Shown: piece after piece, positions 32,680-50,143 of the stretch | How positions within the stretch are numbered: position 1 is the stretch's first letter | Layout of the letters: every line of letters starts with the position of its first letter | From: the human T2T-CHM13v2.0 reference genome, Homo sapiens | Assembly (NCBI GenBank): GCA_009914755.4 | Contig: CP068257.2 | Location: 24,256,001 to 24,320,000, forward strand | Reading direction: 5' to 3' | DNA length: 64,000 nt | Notes under the pieces: model-generated | The model's input: only the letters and a program-made list of their open reading frames with translations | Told to the model about the DNA's origin: nothing | Databases searched by the model: none | Position numbers and translations under genes: made by a program

Positions 32680-32696
32680 ATATATATATATATATG
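32680..32696. repeat. (TA)8 microsatellite
   Basis: tatatatatatatatat. Confidence 0.85.
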
Positions 32697-34418
32697 TAAA
32701 ATCACAACACAGGATTGGGTCCTTTTCCCACAGACAGCACATCATCCTTGTATATATGATAGCTCATTTGAAATGTTTATTTATGCAGATTTTAAAAAGC
32801 ACACAAACCCTGTAAGCACTTCTGCACAGTGGCCTACTCGTGTTTTCTTTAACACAAAACTTGCTTTCTGGTGAACAATTCTAGATATAGCAATGGTTCT
32901 TTCTCCTCTGCTTTAGCTTATTCACAAGCTTCTTTAACTTCTTTAACAACGTGTGGGGAAACCAAGCCTGGCAACAGAAAGCACTTCACATGGGGGGCTT
33001 GGAAATGAATGGAAAGCGTCTGTCTTCAGGAGAGCATTCACGATGCACAGGAGTGAGAGAAGCTGAAAAGAGTCACTTTAAAAGAAATAATCTGCAACCA
33101 AGAAAATCAAACCACTTTATCATAAACTAGTGAGCCCCTCCCTCCCTGCCTGCCTTCCTTTTTCCAGGGGAGTGCTAGAAATAACTTCATCAATTTCTTT
33201 TCACTTGAAGGGCTCATGGTTCAGAAGAAAAGATGGGCATAAAAATAATTACTATTACAAGTGTTATGGTAGGGATACCGACAGAATGACAAAGAAACAA
33301 GCCTGGGCTTTAGGGATGTGACTAGTGATATTACAGTGGGGCCCCAGGGAAAGAGATCATTGTCCTAGCAGATACAAGTGCATGTACCGAGGCACAGAGG
33401 ACAAGCTGCCCAGGATCTGTGACTCTTCTGGCTGCTGTGGTACAAGGGAAGTGAAAAGGGAAGCAGCTTAGCCAAGAGGCTTTCAGTTTGTGGGATACAG
33501 AGGGCAGAGGAATACACTGACCTATACCATGAGTATGCAATTAGCAAAATCCCAGCCTATGGGAATTCTACGGGTCAAGTGACCTGCGCTTCATGAACAG
33601 GTAAACTGTAAAAAAAGGATGGAGGAGAAGCCTGGAGATTATAAAAGACTAACCAGACAAGTCAGCAGTAAAAAATGGCCAAAAGCATAGCCGATAAGGA
33701 TGCACACAAGAGTGATACAGCCAGAAAGATATTTCAGGAACTGGCCCAAGGAAAAACAGTGGGCATTTTGGTGGCGGTATTTGGGATAGGGCGAGATGCT
33801 ATCGGGGTGGAGGATAAACTTCTAATTCTTGACCTGAGTTTAATCTACGAAAAGAGAAAATATGGGGGAGAAAGGTTCTGTTTACACATGTTGAGTTGCA
33901 ATCTTTCAGAATATTGGGTGGAGCCAATGGAAACATGGACCCAGAGAGCTCACTTCTATGCTGAAACAGCCCACAGGGAAGCATCAGAATGAAAATGGAA
34001 ACGTTCCCAATACTAGCAGAACTCCACAGGCGCTTTGAAAAAAACATCCACATTAGATTCCCCAAAAGGGATTTATCTGGTAATAAATTCTGCTAGACAA
34101 TGAACAGTTCCACCCATGATAAAATAACATGTTGTTGCTGCAAATTCTTTGTATTGTCTAATTGCAGTGCTTAACGTAATAAAATCAGGCTGGTGTTATT
34201 GTTAAGAACTAGAGAGTGAAGCATTTTTTATCCAAATAAAGTGCAATGGGTTTTAAATCAAATCATTTTAGAATAAGAATCCTATGAGATAATAATAAAA
34301 TGCAACTTCATCTTTTCCTGCCGAGAACAAAGAAGAAAATAGTGTAGGAGATGAAAAGTAAAGTAGACCCAACCTTTTTGCTAATTTGTTTTTAGATACG
34401 TACTCCATGCAGACAATG

Positions 34419-34441
34419 GTGAAGTGAAGTGAAGTGAAGGG
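34419..34441. repeat. (GAAGT)4 short tandem repeat
   Basis: ggtgaagtgaagtgaagtgaagg. Confidence 0.8.
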
Positions 34442-35191
34442 GTGTCATCTTTATTCACCTAGAGAACCACAAATCTTGGTGCTGGAAAGTACGATCCATT
34501 CGACATGATGGACTATTTCCCACCCGGCCACTCACTCGAGAATGGATAACCTGTTTTCCCGCCTGGGGTAACTGCTTTCCATGGATGTACAGCTTCAGGC
34601 CTCATACGAGAGGATCTCACAACAATCTCTTCAAACTTTTTCTAATCCCCACACTTTCCAGTCTTGGCACAAGACCTCATCCAGGCTTCTGAGTCTTTGT
34701 TGAAAATTTACACAAAATTCTAGAAATGTATTTTCTTTAAGATAGTTACTTTAAAAATGTTATTTTCATCTCAGCACAGTTAGCCTTTCCTTATCTGTTC
34801 TTAAAATGTTTCAACTTGAAACTAAAAAAGAAAAAAAAAAACACATTTCATCTCAAATTATGATATACTAAATAATTATTGACTTGGCCCCAAACATTTC
34901 TACTCTTTTCTTCTTACACAATCAGATTTAAAAATGTAACTACCTTTTCTAAACATACAATATTAAAGCATACTCAACTTCAGTAACAGGTAATGAATGT
35001 ACCTCAAAAGTCAGAGCCTCTACGTTAAGTACCATAGTGCTCCAACATCGTTTTTTACATTTTTAAAATTTTATTTTTTATTGATACATAATAGATGTGC
35101 ATATTTTCAGATTATATGAGAAAACTTAATATATTCATATAATTTGGAAAGATCAAATCAGTATAATGGGATATCCATCACTTAAATGTTT

Positions 35192-35496
35192 TTCTTTTCT
35201 TTTTGCTTTGAGGAAGGGTCTCTCTCTGTCACTCAGGCTGGAGTGCAGTGATGTGATCATAGCTCACTTGAACCTTGAACTGCTGGGCTCAAGTGATCTT
35301 CTCACCTCAGCCTCCAGAGCAGCTGGGTCTACAGGCATGCACCATCACACCTGGCTAATTTTTAAATATTTGTTTTGTAGAGATGGGGTCTCACTATGAT
35401 GCCCTGGCTAGTCTTGAATTGCTGGGGTCAAGTGATTTTCCCACCTCGGCCTTCCCAAGTGCTGGGACTATAGGTGTAAGCCATCGTGCCCAGCCT
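35192..35496 (-). mobile_element. Alu (old AluJ-like, diverged)
   Basis: ..GAGGAAGGGTCTCTCTCTGTCACTCAGGCTGGAGTGCAGTGATGTGATCATAGCTCACT ... GGTGTAAGCCATCGTGCCCAGCC. Confidence 0.85.
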
Positions 35497-36035
35497 GTCT
35501 TCTTTACGCTAGAAACTTTCAAATTAGGTTCTCCTAGCTATTTTTAAATATACAGTAGATTACTGTAAATTAGTCACCTTGCTGATAATTAAATACTAGG
35601 TCTTGCTTCTTCTATCAAACTGTGTATTTGTATCCATTAATGAACCTCCCTTTGTAAGTATGATGTAAGCAATCCTTACTTGGCTACACTATAAGCTTCA
35701 ACAACAAATTAAAAAATGATTCACATTATAGAGCATTTATACATGCCTTTTCATCTTCCAAGTGTGGTAAACATTAATTAACCCTGGCTAATTAAAACAG
35801 CCACAGTTGACACATTTACTCATTAATCAGCCTCAAGCAAATGCAAAGCATTAAACTCTTTCACGTTTTGGTACCAATTAAATGTTATTATTTTTTTTTT
35901 AATGAAGAGGTCATAAATTTAAGACATGTAGTTCTTAGATTTAAATTTGATAGTGGTTGAAAAAATTTGACAATAGTTCACATTCTTAAAAGTCAAGGAA
36001 AATAAAAACATAACCGCATTATGGGTTGAATTTTC

Positions 36036-36470
36036 CCCCAAAATATATGTTGAAGTCCTAATGCCTACACCTAAGAATACAGCCTTACTTGGAAACAGGG
36101 TCTTTGCAGATATAAGATGAGGTCACAATGGAGAAGGGTGGGCCCTTAATCATATTAGAGAAGACACAGAAACAGAGACATGGGGAGTAACACCATGTGA
36201 AGACAGAGGTGGAGATTGGAGGGGTGCATGTACCAACCAAAGGAATATCAAGGGCTGGCAGCAGCACTAGAGCAAGCGAAAGGCATGAAACAGATTCTCC
36301 CCTAGAGCTGTAAGAGGCAGTGTGGCCCTGGCAACACCTTGCTTTAGGACTTCTAACCTCTAGAATAATGAGATAATGAGAGAGTATATTTCTGTTGGTT
36401 TCGGCCATGCGGTTTGTGGTAACTGGTTCCAGCAGCCCTAGGAATCTAATACACTGCCCATGTAAGTGAA
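36036..36470 (+). mobile_element. ERVL-MaLR-type solo LTR (MLT1-like)
   Basis: ttttcccccaaaatatatgttgaagtcctaatgcc...gaggtcacaatggagaagggtgggcccttaatc...gtgaagacagaggtggagattgg...ctctagaataatgag...gcagccctaggaatctaatacac; same family as the copy at 38218-38890. Confidence 0.5.
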
Positions 36471-36528
36471 TATTAGCTATTTGCTGATAAGACAAGAATT
36501 TCTGGTTATAATAAATATACTGGAATAG

Positions 36529-36828
<300 letters not shown>

Positions 36829-37654
36829 GAATGTGGTTTCTTAGTGAGTCCTTTACTCAAGGCTGGAATTAAACAAAGGAGATGAATCACGAGCTCTATG
36901 ATAATAGTCTAATAGTCTAATCTAGCCCTCTTAAGTGCAGAGATGTTTTCCCTCTGAACACCCGTGTGTTTCAGCTCTGTTCCTCTTCCAATGCCCTTCC
37001 ACAGGGAACAAATCCTTTCTTGACCACCAATGGCTGCATGACTTATCCTGAGAAGATCATGGGGATTTTGGATGCCAGGTCAACCCTTACACTCAGCAAG
37101 GAAGTGGAAGGGCCTCAGTTTCAAACACTTTGTAAACACAGAGGTTAGGTCATTTCCTCTCCAATAAGCCAGAAGCTGAGCTGTCCCTGGCAGCAAACTG
37201 TGTGTCAAATGCCTGGCGGGTTTCAGGTTTTACTAACTCCAGAGTGACGAAACATCACCACCTCTAATGCCAGAAAGAAGTCAGCTGTTGTACCTGTGTC
37301 ACAACTAAATTTACTGAAGTCAGGGCAGCTGAAGTAATCTATAAAACTTAGCATGTCAATTTCAATTTAGCGTTCACATTCAACAAATTGTGTATTTAAA
37401 AAAAAATCTCCAGTAGTCTAAAAGTTTTCATTTTATTCTTGTGTAAAATCTGGAAGACTGGAATAGAATGTTTTATGGTATGAGTGTTTAGTAGCAACAT
37501 TAGGTTAACTGTGACCTTTTGGCTCAAGACATGAGAAAATATAGCTAACAATGCTTGGTTATGGGTTTGTCACACTATACTTTGTTATACTATCCAGCAG
37601 TATCCACCTGCTTTAACAGTGTGGATACACTAAAAACTAATTTAAAAAAATCTG

Positions 37655-37957
<303 letters not shown>

Positions 37958-38217
37958 CTGTCAAATCCCTCCATACAAGTGTATGCACTTCACATACCAA
38001 GGAGGTCTAGGATTTGAAGTTCATCAAGGCCGAGTGTAGGCTGCCAGACCACAACCTCGTTTTAATGCCTTAGGTGCAGAAACAGGAGAAATAATACCTT
38101 CCATGCCTCCCCTGACTAGCTTTAGGATAAAGAAGCTGTGCACTAAATAGACAGTAGCTGAGGAACGATGAAGAGGATCTACCCAAAGTATGAATAAGCC
38201 AACTGCTATGGATCGAA

Positions 38218-38890
<673 letters not shown>

Positions 38891-39861
38891 CTAGTCACAC
38901 TCAGACAAAAGAAAGAGCACAGGTCAGAATAGCTTTTTCTAGAGGATTCTGTTTTCTTTCTTTCTTCGGCTTCTTTTTCTTTTTTTCCTGAAGGCAATAG
39001 CTGAATCTGAGAGTAACAAGGGGCTCACCAGGGATGTGCAAGGAATTTCTTGTACTGCCCCTTTCATGGAAATGACAAGGAAGTGATTTATTTCAGATGT
39101 GACTCAGTTCAGGATTTGAAAGCACATGTGACAAATGGTCAAGTAAAGAAAAAGCTTTTCTTTTTCTTTACTTGACCATTTGCCACGCAAGTTCCCAAGT
39201 TCTTCCTCCCTATCTTGCTTCATTACAGGCAGTGGGAAAAATCCAAACAGCTTCCCCCTGTGTCTGGGACATCTCCAGCTCTGTGGTGTATTTACTTTGA
39301 AGGAACAAAAAAGGGGATAGTATATGACTTCCATCCCAAGTCACTATAGGATATACTTTAAGAAACAAGGGAGTTTAAATTGCTCTGCTGTATAACCTGC
39401 AAAATTCATCTCCTACTGCAGAATAGAGTGAGTTGCTTCTCAGGATTCGCACCTGGAGTTGGTATTCAGCACATGTTTTCTTTGTAACATTTCTGTCAAT
39501 TCTCTAAAAAGACCACACTTTTTGAGCTGGCACTAGGCTCTCTGACAATCTTCCAAGACGAAGCTTTTACAGTCCATCATTTACAATGCTGACAACTCCA
39601 GGCACATTTTGTCAATTTTCCCTTTCATCTCTTATTAAAATAAAATAATATCACTTTGGATTTGAAGAGAGCCTAAATGGATAATTCTTTAAGCAGAATG
39701 TCAGTATCAATGATAGAAAGGGAAGAATCTAAGAGGGAGGTAAATGTTCTATAAGTAGAGAAGTAGGTTCACAATTTCTGAAACAGCAAATCAAACAGCA
39801 AATGGGGGAAAGTTATGAAAGGCAGAATTTTGTGACTCAAGCCCATCTTATGCTTATACAG

Positions 39862-40200
<339 letters not shown>

Positions 40201-42879
40201 TAATGGACATTAATAAGCAGTTTATGCCAATCCCTTTTCATAGCTAATAAGAAGTCTTATCTTGGATAAATAAAACCTAGCCACTAATGCTGCCACACCC
40301 AAATAAACTCTCTATGCATCTGAACTTCTTGAGGTTAATAATGCTTCATTGTAATATTTTATAAAATCACCACTTTGGAAGTGAACACCACTAGAAATTC
40401 ACATGGCCAGTTTATAGATGGGGACTGGGGGAAGCAGGGAGGATCTCTGCAATCCAGTAGTTAGGCTCTGCCAGAATGTATTTAGAGTTGTCTCTAAATA
40501 CATTCTGAGTCTCTGCTTCATTTTTTTTTTCAATGAAAATGACAATGTCTGTCATCCCATGTTCAAGACAAATATAACAAGTTTCTAAGAATCCTTATAT
40601 TTTTGTTATTGCATATAAGCATGAGTTTTAAAAACCTCTGAATGTTTAAAGGATCACCTGGGGGAATAAGAAAAATGCAGATCTCTGTAGGTCTGAGGTA
40701 GAGCCCAAGAATCTGTATTTTTAACTAGAATTCCTCTAAATTACTGTGCTTCACTTGGCCCCAATTACACATTAGGAGACAATGATTTCAGGATGACAAT
40801 CAGCCTTTTCCATCCAAGGACTTAAAGCAGCTAAACCGAAGACACCGACAAATACCAGATACTTTTCTCAGTCTACTGGCTGATGGCACAAAAGTGCAGA
40901 AGTCACGTAGGGCAGTATGGAAAGCTCGAGCTAGGACTGGAGTCAGCGAGAGACGCTAGCTTCCCCTGTTCGTGGATTCCGAAGCCTCAAGCCCACATTA
41001 ACAAGGCCTTAGACGACAGTAAACACCCAGACTCAGGCTCCTACAGAGGGCCCCCAGTTCTGCTCTAATATACCTATTTTTCTTTAAATAAAAAACATCT
41101 GATTTTTGCACCCCAGGTATTTAAAGACACACTTTGATTTCTGAAAGGCTTTTGACCACACATGAGGAACTCCTTGGGCCTTGACCATTTTTAGCACTTT
41201 CACAGTTTCTGATTTTGATCAAGCCACTTAATCACCCAGGATTCTGAATCTGAAAACCAGGAGGGTTTAATTCCACTTTCATGTTCCCTTGAGGAGCTGT
41301 TGGCAGCAGGATGAAGGCAGGTCCATACAGAACATGGGAAGGAAGCCAGGAAGCCAGCTTTTCCTTTCACATCAAAGAGATCTAGAAAGCAAAACCTGTC
41401 TCACATTTGCATACAATATTAGACTTACATATGGATGCCATGTCTGTCAAAAGACAGGCTAATTAGGGCATTAGTTTCTTTAATGGTTGCGATTTAGTAA
41501 TTCACAAATAGTCCCACTTAATTTTTCATCCTATACCTAAAGGATCTACTTCACACTTGAAGTTTAAGAAGGCTTCTCCCTTAAGATAGAAAGAAGGCAT
41601 TCAAGTATCAAAATACTGGTTTCCTGCCAAAAAATAAGGGATGAGAAAAAGCAGACACTTAGCTTATCAATCAAAATGCTGGCAGGGAAAGACTACTGGA
41701 TTACCAAGTTCATTCCCCTAGCCTGCACTGATTCCTCTTTTTCTCTAAAGTTTCTTATTTTTTCAGTTTTTCTCATGATACTGACATTGCCAACCAGCAG
41801 TCTGGAAACTGTTCAGGTTGATTCTTAGCAGAAAATCGAGGGGCTCTCCTGTTACTGTTAATATCCTTAAAACACTTAAATTTGGTTAGTTTGCTTCAAG
41901 CATTCTCAGTATATTACAAAAAAAAAAAGTACTCAAGAATTTCTAGACTTTATTTTGACTGACATCAGCTACCCTAATGAACAGGAGGGGACAACAGCAA
42001 GGTATATTAGGAGCATCTCCTTCCTTTTTAATCAGAATTATATAGGAATTAAGAACTCTAAGGCCACAGTAGAGTATAGTATCTTGGAAGAAGAAAGCGG
42101 AGAATGTCTGACATTTTCACTGATCGTTTAGGCTGATGGCTTAAACCATTTCCACCCAAGTTTCTTACAAGTTAGCATTTCCAGCCAACATTACCTACTG
42201 CAATTTCTCTATAATCTTAAGGGTATTGAGCCCCCAAATGAGAGAGAGAAAAGAGATGTAAACTAAACAGGAGTCAGAGAAGGGGAAACTGAGTCTGTTG
42301 CACATCATTTACCCTTTAACATGATTTTAAAGGTAATAATGCTTATAAAAATATTAGTAGTAGTAAGGGATATCAGGTGACAAGCAGAAGTGCCCCTCTC
42401 CACAGATATGCCAGTGTATCTGTAGAAATACGGTGCTAAAATTAGAAAAGACTGAACATTTTAATTTATTAGGTAGACCCAAATAGTCTAAAAGGTTTCA
42501 CCCATATACTTAGCAATAGTTTATGAAAGTTCCTTTTCACCTATCCTTATCATGACAAGGCATAACAGATTTTTAAAAAACTACCAATTGGCCATAATTT
42601 TTAAAAAATTACATTTTCATTGGTATTAATAATAAGAAGTTGTTCACCTTTTAATCTACAACTAATTATCAGATATGCATGCATTTTTTTTCTATGAATT
42701 GCAGCTGTTAAATTTTTGTGAATTAATCCAATGCATCAATTCCTTTGGGTTTTCACCTTAAACATTTTTGTGGCATACAATTTGTATAATGTGAATTTAG
42801 AAGATAATAGCATAGGTGACTGGGGTGCTACAATGGATTCTCACCTATTTATTAACTTTTTAATGAGTTGATTAGTCTC

Positions 42880-43090
42880 TAAATCAGTAATTCGCAAAGT
42901 TTAGCATTTATCAATGTCACCTGGACAGCTTGATAAAATACAGATTGCTCAGCCCCATCCCTAGCTTTGCTGATTCAGGAGGTCAGGGGTGGGATCATGG
43001 AATGTGCTTTTCCAACAAGTTCCCAGGTGATGCCAGGCGATGCTGATGTTGCTAGACTAAGGACCACACTTGGAGAACCACAGCTCTGAA
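42880..43090 (+). repeat. second copy of the ancient repeat family seen at 27440-27650, in opposite orientation
   Basis: cccatccctagctttgctgattcaggaggtcaggggtgggatcatggaatgtgcttttccaacaagttcccaggtgatgccaggcgatgctgatgttgctagactaaggaccacacttggagaaccac. Confidence 0.35.
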
Positions 43091-43549
43091 ATATTCCCTG
43101 GGCATGGTATTTGCAATACATACTTTATACCTAATAATTTGTTTCAGGACACACAAATGCACATGAGATTTGATACATACTCTCAAAAAGCTAACAATCA
43201 GTTAAGTGGTAATTCACTGACATGTACACATCAAAGTAATGTTAGACACATGTAATAGGCCAAGATTGGGGATGGGCATTATAGGCAGATGGAATAACAT
43301 AAATAAATGCATCCAGGGCTATGGATATAAGATCAGCCTGGCTGGCAAAGTCAGACTCATGAAGGAGATTAATGGGAAAACCTATCTGTTTTGTCTGTCT
43401 CAGGTTATTTTGAGGATCAAGTGAAACTTAGAAACAATAACAACAAAAAAAGCAAAGTCTGTGATCAAGAAGAATTACTCTGTTGCAACAATATAAACTA
43501 AGAAAAAAATACGCAAAATTCTCTGCTGCCTTGGGAGATGATCTCATGA

Positions 43550-43869
<320 letters not shown>

Positions 43870-45133
43870 AATGTGTATGATTTAATAGCCAGCAGCAACA
43901 GGCCACTAACATGCCATCTGCTAACAGGGGCTCTAGCTATTAACATCAACAGAGCTAAAAACTCTTATGTCTGATCCCTTGCAAATGGCGAAGACCTGGC
44001 TGAGAATTATTATCTCATGCTTTCAGAGAAAACTTTGCTTGTCCTGCACTGAAAAATCTGGCTGCAATAATCACATGGAAGAAGGTATGTTTGTTGGCAT
44101 GGTTCATGGGCTGGCTTATGACTTCTAAGCAGAAGATACAAAATAATATAAAAATCCTGCAACATGCACAATGTAGCTGATATTCATGTTCTCTTTAAAT
44201 ATCTTAACACTGACTTACATATTTAAGGGTGTGGAGTCTTTGAGCTTGGGAAGCATCTTATTACTGAGGTACAAATGCTAAAAGAGGGACATTTCTTCTA
44301 TCTACCGCATTTTCAATGAAAAGATGCTGAAGGTGAATAAACAGCTCTGCAAACCCAGTTTTGTTTAACTTGGCAACAGCAGTAAGTAAGTATCACTGGA
44401 CACAGAGACACTGGAATAGATTCAGTCTTTAGTCTTATTCATCACGTCTGACCTTGGGCATATTACATGGTTTTCCTGAGCCTATGAAATCATGCGGCTG
44501 AACGAGCTGAAAACTAAGATTCTTTCCTTTGCTAATAAATTTCAGCAAACGATAGGAGTAAGAACGGCTGTCTAACGAGACTACCAAATGCTACGAGACG
44601 CAGCAAGCAATGTCCCTTTACCTAATGGATACAGCTTCTTAACTGTTTATCCAAAGTCTCCCCAAGCAAATTCTAAATTATTCTAAATTATTTGAGTAAC
44701 AAAGATTGGGCCCTTATACCTGTGACGTGTCTGGCAATGACAAAGAATGTGGAACATGGGAAGCATTTAATACATATTTATTGAAGATCCTGTGTCCTTA
44801 TTTCTTCAATCTCCTTGCTATTCACAATGGCGAATGATATGAATATACATATATATATCCTATCATGGTAAATATATATAACATAAATCTTACTGTTTTA
44901 ACCATTTTAAGTGTAACGCTCAGGGTATTAAGTATATTTCACGATGCTGTGCAATGTGATGGACGATGCATCACGGCCATCCATCTTCCCCACTGAACTA
45001 TTTTCAATATTGCCAAATTGAACCTCTGTGCCCTTTAAACACTAACTCCACAGTCCCTCATCCTCTCAGCCCCTGGCAATCAGCATTCTACTTTCTGTAT
45101 CTATGAATTTACTACCCTAGGTACCTCATGTAA

Positions 45134-45830
<697 letters not shown>

Positions 45831-46699
45831 TATCACATATACACTTGTGAAAACTTCTAAGACTTCCTTACAAATAAAAGTGGTGACTGAGAACTAAGCC
45901 ATATACCTAGTGATATCTCAGTGGTGATGATAAAGTTAGTTTTTATTTGACAAAATCTATTTGCTATCAGAATACTATACTTAAAAATCATAAGCTTTAA
46001 CAATTAAATCGCATGTATAAAAATTTTAGAGAACATGCAGCTATAGCAACTTCAATGCTATACAGGAAGCTGAAGACATAGGTCCACACCTCAGTATCTG
46101 CCCTCAGGGGATGGGCAGACAAATTTCAATGCCCCCCCCCAACCAAAAGCAAAGACACAAAAGGCATGTACAAGACAATACAAGTTGTTGCCAAGCACTG
46201 TTTCAAAGAAATAAGATTTAACTCATGCTTTTAGGAGCATATGTAAATACATAATAATTATCAAAAGACAAACACATTAAACAGGCTTTTTTAAACGCAC
46301 TATCTGAAGTCAATGAATCCATCAACAGGAGCTGAAATTAAGTAACGCCCTGGCCTTGACCCTCTGACCCCGTTTCATGCTCGAAGTCCAAAGCCTCTTC
46401 ACAAATAGTGTTTAGGTGCACACCAAGTCAACATTCCTTTGGACACGTCTCATAACTTGGAACCGGTTAATAGATGGATCCACTATTTTTGATGAGATAT
46501 TATAACTAACCTTCTATGATTTACTTTCTAAAGCAGCCCATAGTGCATACGGCAGGAAAACTGTTAACTAATAATGGCACTTACTCAGAAAATACATGCA
46601 AAATTTGTTTCTGAGTTGAACACCAACAAGCAAATTAACATGTCTTCCAAACTCCGTCTCACATGAAACAAACTCATGTCATTCCCAGTTAGTGTTTGT

Positions 46700-46767
46700 G
46701 GAAACATATTTCAAAATTAATCTCAAAATTCGGGAAACATATTTCAAAATTAATCTCAATTTGGATT
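46700..46767. repeat. 34-bp tandem duplication (2 copies)
   Basis: ggaaacatatttcaaaattaatctcaaaattcg / ggaaacatatttcaaaattaatctcaatttgg. Confidence 0.8.
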
Positions 46768-47807
46768 CATCTCCATACTCAGGGTGGCAAACATCACTGA
46801 TTTTTTTCCCCTCCTCTTTTAAAAAATGAACCTTGAAGGCAGATGCTTGTGAAAAACAGAATAACCAGCCCTTGTTCCAGTCTAAAATCATTGGTTGTTC
46901 CCAAGACTCTACAAAAAAAGCAGGACACATCTGCTCTAGTGTTCCATGCCAGGAAGTAGTTCCACAGCCACCACTGTGGTCTGACTTCACTTCCCAATCA
47001 TTTTAATTTGGATTTCTTTTTAGATTTTGTTTCAAATTACAGGGCCATACAAACGAGCTGGTGAGTTGAGAAAATAGCTTTGGAACTGCATTGGATCATC
47101 AAAAGAAACGGCAGACTTTGGCGTGGGAGACCATGCCTCAGGCTCCATCCATTTGGTTGAGGTGCCCACACATGCACAAAAATAAAAGAATGGCATAAAA
47201 ACAGACAAAAACTACTGACATGTCAGTCATCATGGCTTAAGGAAAAGCTCACAAATAATTTCTCTGGAATCTCACCAAAATTTGGAGTAAAAGATGATAG
47301 CATGCTAAATCAGTTCTCTTGCTACTTCTAAAATACTAACGTTCCTGAATGGGGCTCAAGGTGGAATCATTTCGAGGCAAATATCAGTTCTAGTAGATAA
47401 AAGTGTTGTTTAAAACCTCATTAACATTATATATAAATATTCCCCAAAATGATCTACAGATCCAATGCAATCCGCACTTTTTTTTTTTTTTTTTTTTTTG
47501 CAGAAATGGTAGTGGGGGCAGGGGGTGAGGAAGATCTTAAAATTCATGTTGTAATGCAAGAGACTCCGGATACTCAAAGTAATATTGAAAAAGAAGAACA
47601 AAGATAACGGACTCACACTTGCTGATTTCAAAATTTACTACAAAGCTACAATAATCAAAACAGTGTGGTACTACAGTAAGCACAGGCACACAGATCAAAG
47701 AAAAGAACTAAGAATTAAGAAATAAACCCATATTATCTATGGACAATTGATTTTGTGTAATAGTGCCAAGACCATTCAATGGGGGAAATAATAGTCTTTT
47801 TCTTCCT

Positions 47808-48078
47808 TTTTTTGAGACAGGGTCTTGCTCTATTGCCCAGGTGGCGTGATCAAGGCTCACTGCAGCCTCAGCCACCCCAGGCTCAGGAGATCCTCCCACC
47901 ACAGCCTCCTGAGTAGCTGGGACTACAAATAGATGTTATCATGCCTGGATAATTTTTTTGTAGAAATGTGGTCTTGCCATGTTTCCCATTCTGGTCTTGA
48001 ACTTCTGGGCTCAAGTCATCTGCCCACCTTGGCCTCCCAAAATGCTGGAATTACAGGCATGAGCCACTGCACCTGGCA
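47808..48078 (-). mobile_element. Alu (old AluJ-like) inside the ancient L1
   Basis: TTTTTTTGAGACAGGGTCTTGCTCTATTGCCCAGGTGGCGTGATCAAGGCTCACTGCAGCCTC ... GGCATGAGCCACTGCACCTGGC. Confidence 0.85.
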
Positions 48079-48480
48079 AGAATAGTCTTTTTCAACAAAT
48101 GGTGCTGGGACACTGGATATTTATATGCAAAAGAATAAAGTCAAACCTCTACCTCACACCATATATGAAAATTAAAATGAATCAAAGATTTAACTGTAAG
48201 AGCTAAAACTACAAAACTCTTAGAAGGTAACAGGTATAAATCGTTGTAACCTTGTTTCGGACAATGGTTTCCTAGATACCATACCATAGTAACTGCCACA
48301 AAAGAAAAAACTGATAAAATAGACTTCTAAATTGAAAATTTTTGTGTGTCAAAAGGATCCTATTAAGGAAGTGAAAATACAACCTACAGAATGGGTAAAA
48401 TATTTCCAAATAATGTATTTGATAAGAATTTAATAGTATCCAGAATATATAAAAATTCTTACAACTCAATAATAACAGCA

Positions 48481-48855
<375 letters not shown>

Positions 48856-49815
48856 TCATTTATTTGAACTGAACAAAATAATCCATAACAAACCATTGCA
48901 ATCGCATGAAGAAAACACTGTGGTTGATATTTAATTCCTCAAATTTCTGCCAGCGTCCATTTGGAGCACAATAAACAAGATCAATATACTGCACTGAATT
49001 ATACATATTAAGGTCAACAATTTGTCTGCCAGAATGGTAGAGAGCGCAATATTTTTTTAAAAAAGGAAACTTTTTTTACATTCATTATTCCTAGAAAGTG
49101 TATTCTTTTTAATGTAGCTAAAAGGATTTACTTTTTCCTAAAATTATGGAGTAGAAATACATAAAAGAAAGTATCTGTTTGCCAATGGTAAAACTATAAA
49201 AATCATTCAGGAAAACGGATGCTGTATTACATGTGAATTTTTAAAGGTCATTATCAATGACTTCCACAGATCATCTGGATGACATATGCACTATATTTAC
49301 AGATTCCATAATTAAGCTCCAAAGCAAGAAAAAGAGAGCTTACCTAATATCACAACCAAAAAAGGCATAGAGAGCTAAACGTATACAAAGCACTCTACTA
49401 ACCACCACTATGGGTGAGTTCGACACCTGAGGTCTGTAACCTCAAGTCTGCAGACAGACCAGTTGGGGACCTAAGGTATGAAGTGTACTGGCATTCACAC
49501 ATTTGTATCTTGCTGTGTGGAGACATTTCAACATGGCAGTCCAAATGTCAGAAAACTAGGAGGCTGTCTTAATAGTATACCGTACTTTGCCATTCATTTG
49601 ACAAAGCATTTTCATTTATAAATGAGTGGTTCTATTTTGAAAGAGAAATTGTCTTGGGTCAAAGATATACATTTAGACACAGGCAGCTAAACTTACAGGC
49701 CTCATGTCTGTTACTTAATAACACTAGGGAAAATATGAATAAGGAGCTCTGAGACTATTATGAAACCAATGGGGGAACAAGGCTTTGGTTGTTGATAATA
49801 TGTATAAATGTTCTT

Positions 49816-50143
<328 letters not shown>

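Noticed and set aside
33675-33992. 105-aa plus-strand ORF (MAKSIADKDAHKSDTARKIFQELAQGK..)
   Set aside because: No splice signals, no homology I can recognise, and the composition is typical of random AT-rich sequence; left unannotated.
47477-47500. 25-nt poly-T as the A-tail of a minus-strand processed pseudogene
   Set aside because: The flanking sequence on both sides translates as degenerate L1 ORF2, so it is an internal T-expansion within an ancient plus-strand L1, not a retrogene tail.
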